NCBI GenBank assembly: GCA_964541225.1
Contig: CAZIPN010000003.1
Coordinates: forward strand, 10,007-74,006
Direction: 5' to 3'
From: an uncultured Eubacteriales bacterium
GTDB taxonomy: Bacteria; Actinomycetota; Coriobacteriia; Anaerosomatales; JAAXUF01
DNA length: 64,000 nucleotides
Position 1 is the first letter of the stretch. The number at the start of each line of letters is the position of its first letter. Below, in pieces: positions 18,764-26,196 of the stretch. Both the position numbers and the translations under genes were made by a program. The notes beneath the pieces were generated by a model. That model had not been told where the DNA came from, searched no databases, and worked only from the letters and a program-made list of their open reading frames with translations.

Positions 18764-19510
18764 CTACTGCGACACGCTGGTTGTCGCGGAATTCGCCTTC
18801 GTCACTGCGTTCTGCGCGCCCGCGCCGGGCGAACTCCCGCCCGCGCTCCCTGAGGCGCTTGAACCCGAACTCGTCGCGCCGGACGAACTCGCCCCCGGAA
18901 CAACGACTCTGCCACTCGCGATGAACGACACAACGGTGACCGACCCCGGAGCGCCGCTCGTGTCGGTCGACGCCGGCGGGGTCGCCCAGGTATTCCAAAC
19001 GGTGTTGTTGGCGCTCGTCAGCCACACGTCACTGAGTTCTGAGAGTTCACTGAGACGCACAAGCGTCTTGGCTACCGACTTGTACGCCACATTGTCGGAC
19101 TCACCCAGAGTACGCGGCGTATTCGCGGTAACGACTATCCCCGTCTTCTCATTGATAACCAGGGTATCGAGCCACACTTCATCCGGGAGCACTAGCGAGA
19201 TGTCATTGGCCACTTGCCCAATGTTGGCCCGGCCGGCCAGAGCTGACTGTGCGACAGTCTCACGCTGTTGAAGTTGCTCCTCCTTGTTGCGGAAGATGGA
19301 AAGTTGTTGAGCGGTCGTCGAGTACCGCTTCGTCTGCTCCTGGATGGACTGCAGATCGTTTCGTTTCGAATTCACATCGAACATGAGAAGGAAGTAGAGC
19401 CCCGCGACGATGACTAGGAGAACGACTGCCGCAACGAAAATACGTGGGTACCAGTCCTCGTATCTGCGACGTTCCAGCACTTCCTGCGGGAGCAGGTTTA
19501 TCTTGAACAT
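18764..19510 (-). CDS. pilN: Type IV pilus assembly protein PilN
   Basis: MFKINLLPQEVLERRR is the conserved PilN INLLP motif. A TM helix and coiled coil follow. The gene directly abuts pilM and pilO. Confidence 0.8.
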   Translation of the reverse strand: MFKINLLPQEVLERRRYEDWYPRIFVAAVVLLVIVAGLYFLLMFDVNSKRNDLQSIQEQTKRYSTTAQQLSIFRNKEEQLQQRETVAQSALAGRANIGQVANDISLVLPDEVWLDTLVINEKTGIVVTANTPRTLGESDNVAYKSVAKTLVRLSELSELSDVWLTSANNTVWNTWATPPASTDTSGAPGSVTVVSFIASGRVVVPGASSSGATSSGSSASGSAGGSSPGAGAQNAVTKANSATTSVSQ

Positions 19511-20635
19511 CTACGCCAACTCCCCGAGCGCCAACCCGATGGCCGGAGCACAACCCATCCTATCCGCGAGAACAGCCTGCTCCACGTTCCCTGATGCCGA
19601 CACATGCGAGAGCGGATCGCCGACCACAACTTGCGTCTGCAGTCCCTTCTCCAAGTAGCCCGCGAGGTTGTTGAGCTGCGAACCCGTACCCGTAAGGTAG
19701 ATGCGGGTGATAGTCCGAGCCTGAGTGGCCTGCGTCAAGTAGTAGTCGAGAGAGCGCCGAACCTCGGCGATGAACTTGTTTCCCTCTCGCTCGAGCGCCT
19801 CCTGAGCAGATCGCACATTCGCGTCCGAGATCTCAGGGGAGACCCCCCCGGCTGCGTTCACATCGGGCAAGCCAGCCTGCGACTTCAAGACCTCGGCCTC
19901 ATCAAACGTCAGATTCAACACGTTGGCCACAGCCTGCGTGAATTGATTGCCTGCGAAGGACGAAACGCGAGTGAATCGCGGGATTCCTCGCTCGACAACC
20001 GCAATATTGGTCAAACCCGAGCTAACGTGCACGATGCCGACTGCCTCGCTTGGATTCTCTCCACCTTCATTGAACCAGCTGGGGGTCGTTCCAAGCAGAG
20101 CTCGCACGAGTGCAAATGCGGTGACGTCGACTTGCGCCAGTCGCAACCGCGCGCCCTCAACCGCCTGCACCGCACTTGACACGATCTCGCTTGGCGCTGC
20201 TACCAAGAGCACTTCCATCATGTGCTCGTCGGCTGGCGTCATGTACTCACCGATGATCTGGAAGTCCAGAATGGCCTGATCAACCGGGTATGGAATGTAG
20301 TCTTGGGCCTGGTACTGGATCGCCTTGCTCAGCTCGTCCTTCTCCATGAACTGCAAGTCGATCAGACGGACTACGACTTTCTGACTCGATATCCCGATCG
20401 CGACATCAGAGATCTTGAATCCGTGACGGCGCCACAGTTCTCGGAGTGCTCCCGAGACAGCCTCGGGATCAACGATTTCGCCTTCGACAACAGCTCCAAA
20501 AGGCATGGCTACCCAGCCGTAGTTCGTGAGAACAGGACCGTTGCTCGTCGACTTGATCTGAGCAGCACGAATGAAGTCGGTCCCTATGTCGAGACCCACA
20601 GGTGGTTGCGGGGCGCCGAGAAATCCGGGTGCCAA
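19511..20635 (-). CDS. pilM: Type IV pilus assembly ATPase-fold protein PilM
   Basis: 374 aa with an actin-like/FtsA-like fold pattern (GLDIGT..IR.A, VDV.A.AL.R, LTGTGSQL..L). TTG start at 20635 with GGAGGAGGG 8 nt upstream. Confidence 0.85.
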   Translation of the reverse strand: MAPGFLGAPQPPVGLDIGTDFIRAAQIKSTSNGPVLTNYGWVAMPFGAVVEGEIVDPEAVSGALRELWRRHGFKISDVAIGISSQKVVVRLIDLQFMEKDELSKAIQYQAQDYIPYPVDQAILDFQIIGEYMTPADEHMMEVLLVAAPSEIVSSAVQAVEGARLRLAQVDVTAFALVRALLGTTPSWFNEGGENPSEAVGIVHVSSGLTNIAVVERGIPRFTRVSSFAGNQFTQAVANVLNLTFDEAEVLKSQAGLPDVNAAGGVSPEISDANVRSAQEALEREGNKFIAEVRRSLDYYLTQATQARTITRIYLTGTGSQLNNLAGYLEKGLQTQVVVGDPLSHVSASGNVEQAVLADRMGCAPAIGLALGELA

Positions 20636-20704
20636 CGCTTACCCTCCTCCGATTGCTACTACGTCTAGTCTGCGAATACAGCTGTAGCGATGGTCCCGTG
20701 GCAG

Positions 20705-20735
20705 ACTATACCACATACATCAGCACTGCCTGCAA
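20705..20735 (-). promoter_or_regulatory. Candidate sigma-70-type promoter for pilMNO
   Basis: The minus strand reads TTGCAG-N19-TATAGT with an extended TGg upstream of the -10. It is ~70 nt upstream of the pilM TTG start, in a lower-GC stretch. Confidence 0.3.
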
Positions 20736-20900
20736 TCCTTGCAGAAACCGCCCCTGAACTGCTGTTTAGCCCTTTTGCACGCTCTTGATTCGAGCCCTCT
20801 TCGCACGCACTCTATCGCGTACGCCAGTCCATCCGAGCGGTACTACCCTCTTGCTCTGCATGTGTATCGACACCACGACCGATCGACTCAAGCCCTTTCT

Positions 20901-20916
20901 TGTGACGAATGTCACG
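20901..20916. promoter_or_regulatory. CRP/FNR-type inverted repeat in the pilin/pilM intergenic region
   Basis: TGTGACGAATGTCACg matches TGTGA-N6-TCACA at 9/10 positions. A GCATGCTC-c-GAGCATGC palindrome lies 7 nt away (20923..20939). Confidence 0.35.
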
Positions 20917-21037
20917 GAACTTGCATGCTCCGAGCATGCCACTCTCTGTTGAGGAATCCAATGCCATTTAGACAGGAGCACGATTCCGCACGTGCGCGAC
21001 GAACAGAATGCGCCTACGCGCCCAAAGTGCTGAGCCT

Positions 21038-21436
21038 TTAGCGATAGAGCCCGTGTGTTGTCGAGCAGTCCGAACCACCGGTTGGCAGGACGACGTGCCC
21101 GTGGACATCGTAGCCATAGGCGTAGGTCGAAGTCGGCGCCCCATTGGCGAGCGGACATGTCGGCCAAGCCCGGAGGTAGCCAGCGGCAATGAGGGGACAC
21201 GTGTCGCCTGCTGTGGTACCCGCTGCAATAGCGGGAGGAGAGGCATCCGCAGCCATTCGGTACGACTGCAAGGCACCTTCGATCGTGCGCTGATTCGCGA
21301 AACACGCTTTTTGCTTCACGGAGGCGTCTGGCGCACTGAATACCGGAACGGCTATGGCAACCAGAAGCCCAATGATCAGCACAACGACCGTGAGTTCGAC
21401 GAGGCTGAAGCCCGCGTCTCTGCACGATTCCTTCAT
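21038..21436 (-). CDS. Type IV pilin, paralog 2 (short-leader prepilin)
   Basis: MKESCRDAG|FSLVELTVVVLIIGLLVAIAVPVF has a 9-aa leader, Gly-1, Phe+1 and Glu+5. ATG at 21436 has GGGGGAGG upstream. It shares KACFAN.RT.EG...SY and a C-terminal DVHG with the other pilin. Confidence 0.8.
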   Translation of the reverse strand: MKESCRDAGFSLVELTVVVLIIGLLVAIAVPVFSAPDASVKQKACFANQRTIEGALQSYRMAADASPPAIAAGTTAGDTCPLIAAGYLRAWPTCPLANGAPTSTYAYGYDVHGHVVLPTGGSDCSTTHGLYR

Positions 21437-21534
21437 CCGATACGCCTCCCCCATGAGCAGAACACGCTGCTGGTATGTATCGACGTCGCGCCGAGCACAC
21501 TGAAGGCTACATTCCGCGCCCCAACATCCCAACG

Positions 21535-22380
21535 CTAGCCCGCAAGGTGGACCAGACCCGAATACCAGGACCACAGTTCCGGTCCATACAGCGTGGCAAC
21601 AACGGCCCCCGCGGCAATGAATGGCCCGAAGGGGAATTTGTGTTGCCCACCCTGACCGCTGCGTACTGCGGACGCGATTCCGTATGCGGATCCCAGCAGG
21701 ACTGCGGCGAACAATGCCACGAGCGAATACAAGCCCAGGTAGAGGCCAATCGCGGCCAGCAGCTTGACGTCCCCAAACCCGTACCCTTGGGCCTTCCGAA
21801 TCCGGGAGTACACGAACCCGAGCGCGAAGATCGGTACAGCCGCGACGAGCGCACCTGCCGCAGACGCCACAAGTGGTTGACCCAGCAATCCAGATGCACC
21901 GGTGGCAAACGGAACGATCTTGACGTGGGTGAACTGAGAGACCGCTGATCCCGCCACGCCGACGGCGGCAAGTGATCCCACCAGCGAATTGAGCAACCGC
22001 ATGGTATCCACATCAATGAACGCAAGAAGTAGAAGCAGGTAAAACATGGCAATGGCGGCAACCGCAGTCGGCGTCATCCCAAACCTGAGTCCCGCGAGGA
22101 ACCACAGGACCCCGGAGAGAAGCTCCACAAGCGGGTACCGCAACGGTATGGGCTGTTTGCAGCCTCTGCACTTCCCTCCCAGCACCATCCACGAGATCAA
22201 GGGCACGTTGTCATACCATGCGATGGGAGAACCGCAGTTGGGACAGTGAGACCCGGGGTGCGCAAGCGATTCACCCCTCGGGAGACGCCAGATGACGACG
22301 TTTCCAAACGAGCCAAACACAAGGCCGAACAGGAAGAGAGCTGCCTCATAGAGGGCCGCATTCGCGCTGATGCCAATCAC
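21535..22380 (-). CDS. pilD: Prepilin peptidase / N-methyltransferase (A24 family)
   Basis: 281 aa. Cys-rich N-terminal domain (HCPNCGSPI...CRGC), polytopic membrane region, catalytic Asp contexts IDVDT and GFGDVKLL. GTG start at 22380. Confidence 0.85.
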   Translation of the reverse strand: MIGISANAALYEAALFLFGLVFGSFGNVVIWRLPRGESLAHPGSHCPNCGSPIAWYDNVPLISWMVLGGKCRGCKQPIPLRYPLVELLSGVLWFLAGLRFGMTPTAVAAIAMFYLLLLLAFIDVDTMRLLNSLVGSLAAVGVAGSAVSQFTHVKIVPFATGASGLLGQPLVASAAGALVAAVPIFALGFVYSRIRKAQGYGFGDVKLLAAIGLYLGLYSLVALFAAVLLGSAYGIASAVRSGQGGQHKFPFGPFIAAGAVVATLYGPELWSWYSGLVHLAG

Positions 22381-22474
22381 CCAACACTTCCATCATTCTC
22401 AGGGCTCGTGCCAGGGCACAGCCAACCGCTATCTGCTTCAGGCGCGCGTGACTCGTCACCCGCAGAATACGCAA

Positions 22475-22500
22475 CAGAGGCTGGCGATCGCCAGCCTCTG
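22475..22500 (-). terminator. 26-nt perfect palindrome after pilin gene (candidate terminator/attenuator)
   Basis: CAGAGGCTGGCGA|TCGCCAGCCTCTG gives up to a 13-bp GC-rich stem, 45 nt downstream of the pilin stop (22545). It is followed on the minus strand by UUGCGUAUUCUG. This arrangement is typical for major-pilin genes, allowing read-through into pilD. Confidence 0.5.
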
Positions 22501-22544
22501 CTAGGTTCTTCTTCGAGAACCAACACGCTCATGTACTGCTGCAG

Positions 22545-22931
22545 CTAGTCAGTGTAGTTCCCGTGGACATCGCAATCCATCGTTACGGAGTTGCCGCCGG
22601 TGCCAACGGTGAACGTATAGACGCCATTAGCCGGACACGATGCGGTCGTCTTGACGTACGTGGGCACAAATGTGCCGCCGTCGGGGTCAGCGATGGCCTC
22701 GAACGCGGCCTGAGTCATGTCCCCAGCTGTCTGGGGCGTGCCGCCGGAACCCAGGTAGGACTGGTAGCCGCCCTCATACGTACGCTCATTCGCGAAACAG
22801 GCCTTCGTCTGCGCACTCTTCTTCGCGGCATTGAAGATCGGAACGGCGATCGCAACAAGGATACCGATAATAAGCACGACGACCATGAGTTCCACGAGAG
22901 TGAAGCCCTCGTCCTTGCGGAATGTATTCAT
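22545..22931 (-). CDS. pilA: Type IV pilin, paralog 1 (probable major pilin)
   Basis: MNTFRKDEG|FTLVELMVVVLIIGILVAIAVPIF has a 9-aa leader, Gly-1, Phe+1 and Glu+5. ATG at 22931 follows a consensus AAGGAGGTG RBS. It has its own upstream 257-nt intergenic region and a downstream hairpin. Confidence 0.85.
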   Translation of the reverse strand: MNTFRKDEGFTLVELMVVVLIIGILVAIAVPIFNAAKKSAQTKACFANERTYEGGYQSYLGSGGTPQTAGDMTQAAFEAIADPDGGTFVPTYVKTTASCPANGVYTFTVGTGGNSVTMDCDVHGNYTD

Positions 22932-23066
22932 GACCTCGCACCTCCTTCCCCTTTGTAGGGATAGCGTGGGCAACCTGATGCTGTCCACTTGTGACAACGT
23001 GTGTATCGGTCGACCTCTCGGCGACTTGAGCATTCTCGGCACATTTCACCAAAGAACGCGCTCGCA

Positions 23067-23082
23067 CGTGACGCGGGTCACA
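23067..23082. promoter_or_regulatory. CRP/FNR-type inverted repeat upstream of the probable major pilin gene
   Basis: cGTGACGCGGGTCACA matches TGTGA-N6-TCACA at 9/10 positions. Its centre is ~143 nt upstream of the pilin ATG. Confidence 0.35.
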
Positions 23083-23188
23083 CTCTCCGAGGTTGTCGCG
23101 GCAACATGTCTCGTCCGACCAGCCATCGAACGTAGGTCCGCAGGAACCCTCCGGTAGTCCCGCCGTAAGCGACGGTTCAGAGGCGACG

Positions 23189-24409
23189 TCACTTGACGAG
23201 TGTGACGACCTGGAACATGGGAAGGTACAGCGCGATGATCATCCCACCGACGATGACGCCGAGAGTGGCCATCATGAGGGGCTCAATCAGAGATGTCAGA
23301 CCATCGGTTGCGGTAGCGACTTCCTCATCGTAGAAGTCGGCAACCTTGTTGAGCATGGTATCGAGCGCACCCGTTTCTTCGCCAACACCAATCATCTGGA
23401 CAACCATAGAGGGAAAGACCTTCGACTCCGCCAGTGGCTTGGCCAGGGTCTCCCCTTCTTTGATCGCCGAGCGTGCGTGCCGAACCGCACCCGCAACGAT
23501 GTTGTTGCCTGAAGTGTCCGCGACAATGTCAAGCGCAGTCAGGATGGGTACGCCAGCGGAAACCAGTGTGCCGAACGTCCGGCAGAATCGGGCGAGGGCG
23601 ATCTTTCGGACCATCGAGCCGAACACAGGCATGTTGAGCTTGGCTGCGTCCCAGATTGTCTTGCCCGGACCACGTGACCACCACCGGAAGCCGAAGACGA
23701 TGCCCGCCAATGCGACAAGTACCACCAGTCCACCCCACCCCGCAACGAAGTGCGATGCGACTACCAGTGCTTGGGTTACGGCGGGCAGCTCCCCTCCCAT
23801 ATCGTGGAACATCTTCTCAAACGTCGGCACGACGAAGATCATCATTGCCGCCATGACTATGAGGACGAGAGATCCCATGGCGATTGGATAGGTCATCGCG
23901 GACTTCACTTTGGCCCGCAGCGCAAGTTCAGACTCCAGGTGATCCGCCACACGCTGCAGAACCTCGTCAAGCACACCGCCGGTCTCACCAGCGCGAACCA
24001 TGTTCACGAAGATCGGAGGGAACGTCTTCGGGTGCTTGGCAAGTGAATCTGACAGCGATTGCCCGGCCTCCACGTCCTTGCCCAGCTGAGCGATGATCTC
24101 GCGAAGCCCCGCGCTCTCGGTCTGCTGGGAGAGGATCGTCAGGCACTTGGTGAGAGAGAGTCCCGCATTGATCATCGTTGCGAACTGACGCGCGAATATG
24201 GAGACGTCCTTCGACTTAACCCCACTGCCGATCTTGAGCTCGCCAAGTTGCGACAAGGCGCTCTGCTGATCAAGCTCGAGAATGATGTAACCCATCTGAG
24301 CCAGACGGGCCTGCACAGCATCCTTGTTGTCGCCATCAAGCCGACCTTTGACCACCTTGCCGGCCTTGTCGCGAACTGAGTATATGAATGTCGCCATGAT
24401 CTCTCCCAA
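23189..24409 (-). CDS. pilC: Type IV pilus inner-membrane platform protein PilC (GspF family)
   Basis: 406 aa with two GspF-type repeats (FARQFATMINAGLSL...; FCRTFGTLVSAGVPIL...GEETG.LD..L). Confidence 0.9.
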   Translation of the reverse strand: MGEIMATFIYSVRDKAGKVVKGRLDGDNKDAVQARLAQMGYIILELDQQSALSQLGELKIGSGVKSKDVSIFARQFATMINAGLSLTKCLTILSQQTESAGLREIIAQLGKDVEAGQSLSDSLAKHPKTFPPIFVNMVRAGETGGVLDEVLQRVADHLESELALRAKVKSAMTYPIAMGSLVLIVMAAMMIFVVPTFEKMFHDMGGELPAVTQALVVASHFVAGWGGLVVLVALAGIVFGFRWWSRGPGKTIWDAAKLNMPVFGSMVRKIALARFCRTFGTLVSAGVPILTALDIVADTSGNNIVAGAVRHARSAIKEGETLAKPLAESKVFPSMVVQMIGVGEETGALDTMLNKVADFYDEEVATATDGLTSLIEPLMMATLGVIVGGMIIALYLPMFQVVTLVK

Positions 24410-24428
24410 TGCCTCTTGTCAGTCGTCA

Positions 24429-26180
24429 TCAGACGATGACGCGCATGACCTCTTCTATCGAAGTCATGCCTTGCCTGGCCTTCTCAAGCCCATCTTGTCG
24501 CAGGGTCAGCATGCCTTGATCGATCGCGACTTGCTTGATCTCTTCAGCTGTTGCGTTCTCCACACACAGCCTGCTGATTTCCTCACTCATCATCAGCACT
24601 TCGTGGACCCCGACTCGCCCTCGATACCCCGTGTTTCCGCACTTCTTGCAACCCACAGCGCGATACACGACCTCAGGTAGATTGTCGGCAGGGTAGCCCG
24701 CATCTATGAGGACTTCGGGCTTCGGCCGCCACTCCTCTTTGCAGTCAGGACACAGCCTGCGCGCCAGCCGTTGGGCCAGAACGCAGTCAACTGCCGAGGA
24801 CACAAGGAACGGCTCGACCCCCATCTCCGTTAGACGGGTTACTGCGCCCGCCGAGTCGTTGGTGTGCAAAGTGGACAACACCAAGTGCCCGGTCAACGCG
24901 GACTCAACAGCAATCTGCGCGGTCTCCTCGTCACGAATCTCGCCCACCAGAATCACGTCTGGCGAACAACGCAGGAAGGAGCGAAGTGCTCGCGAGAAGG
25001 TCAATCCGGAACGAGCACTTACCTGACATTGGTTGATACCGGGGAGCCGGTACTCGACCGGGTCCTCGGCAGTCAGTATGTGCCGCGATGGGTTGTTCAG
25101 GACGTTGATCGCGGCATACAGGGTGGTCGACTTGCCAGACCCCGTTGGTCCCGTAACCAAGATCGCTCCGTACGGTTTGGTGAAGGACGCCTCGAACCGC
25201 TCAAGCGCCTGCGGCAGGAAGCCAAGATCGGTGAGCTGCAGCAGAATCGAGTCGGTTCTTAGAATACGCAGCACGATGCGTTCGCCGTAGACCGTCGGCA
25301 GAGTCGATACACGGAAGTCCAACTTGTGCCCGCCAACCGTGATCGCGCAGTGGCCGTCTTGCGGCTTGCGTGACTCGGCAATGTCCATTTCTGCCATGAT
25401 CTTGAAGCGGCTGATGATCGAGGTTTGAATGGCCTTTGGTGCTGGCGGCATGGCCTCGTGGAGCACGCCGTCGATGCGAAATCTCACGCGCAAGTCGTTC
25501 TCTTGTGGCTCTATGTGAATGTCAGACGCGCGGTCGGCAACGGCCTTCTGGATGATGTAGTTGACCAGTTTCACCGCCGGCGCCTCTTCGACGACGTCGG
25601 TGAGCTTGTCGAGATCCTGATCGCCGCCAAACTCGTCGACACCGGTCAGCAGTTCCGAGTCTTCTTGTTCTGCGACTTTGTAGTACTCATCGATGGCCGC
25701 GACTATGTCGTCCTTGGTGGAGATGGCCGGTTTGATGTCGTGGCCGGTGATGATGCGCAAGTCGTCGAGCGCGAGAACGTTCTGTGGATCGGCCATCGCG
25801 ACGACAAGAACGTCATCCACGAGTTCAATGGGCATCAGGATGTAACGCGCGGCAAGGTCTCTGCTTACCAGTGCGACGGCCGCAGGCTGTGGACGTCGCT
25901 CGGAGAAGTCGATGTACTCGATACCGATCTGACGCGCCATGACGGAGAGAATGGCACCCTGACTTGCGTAGCCAAGATCTACGAGCACGCGTCCGATCGG
26001 GCTTCCCGTCGCGCGGTACACTTCCAGCGCGTCGTTGAGCTGCTTCTCGGTGATAATCCCGGCCCGCATCAACAACTGACCGAGTCTCTGCCCAGTTTCC
26101 GCCACCAGCGACCTCTTTAGAGATTGCGCTCCCCAACAAGGCGACGCGCTCACGACATTGGAGGCCGGTGCTTCGCGCAT
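24429..26180 (-). CDS. pilB: Type IV pilus assembly ATPase PilB (GspE family), copy 1
   Basis: N-terminal T2SE_N/MshEN-like domain (RLGQLLMRAGIITEKQLNDALEVY-RATGS-PIGRVLVDLGYASQGAILSVMARQ), Walker A GPTGSGKST, VGEIRD, TGHLVLSTLHTN, tetra-Cys CPDC...CKKC. The start is set at the ATG at 26180, 16 nt after the upstream stop. The 250-codon Pro-rich extension of the track ORF is an out-of-frame shadow of 26197..27480. Confidence 0.85.
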   Translation of the reverse strand: MREAPASNVVSASPCWGAQSLKRSLVAETGQRLGQLLMRAGIITEKQLNDALEVYRATGSPIGRVLVDLGYASQGAILSVMARQIGIEYIDFSERRPQPAAVALVSRDLAARYILMPIELVDDVLVVAMADPQNVLALDDLRIITGHDIKPAISTKDDIVAAIDEYYKVAEQEDSELLTGVDEFGGDQDLDKLTDVVEEAPAVKLVNYIIQKAVADRASDIHIEPQENDLRVRFRIDGVLHEAMPPAPKAIQTSIISRFKIMAEMDIAESRKPQDGHCAITVGGHKLDFRVSTLPTVYGERIVLRILRTDSILLQLTDLGFLPQALERFEASFTKPYGAILVTGPTGSGKSTTLYAAINVLNNPSRHILTAEDPVEYRLPGINQCQVSARSGLTFSRALRSFLRCSPDVILVGEIRDEETAQIAVESALTGHLVLSTLHTNDSAGAVTRLTEMGVEPFLVSSAVDCVLAQRLARRLCPDCKEEWRPKPEVLIDAGYPADNLPEVVYRAVGCKKCGNTGYRGRVGVHEVLMMSEEISRLCVENATAEEIKQVAIDQGMLTLRQDGLEKARQGMTSIEEVMRVIV

Positions 26181-26196
26181 CGACCATCGTTCCGAA

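Noticed and set aside
20766-21500. 244-aa minus-strand ORF spanning the pilin 2 gene and the intergenic region.
   Set aside because: It is out of frame with the clear prepilin (G|FSLVE signal, strong RBS). It is Arg/Cys/Ser-rich, has no RBS and extends through non-coding hairpins.
22408-22459. Two further inverted repeats upstream of pilD: GTGCC-AG-GGCAC (22408..22419) and GTGAC-TC-GTCAC (22448..22459).
   Set aside because: The half-sites resemble the CRP-like sites, but the spacing (N2, i.e. GTGA-N4-TCAC) is incompatible with CRP/FNR-type dimers. Short GC-rich 5-bp repeats are expected by chance, so I did not count them as sites.
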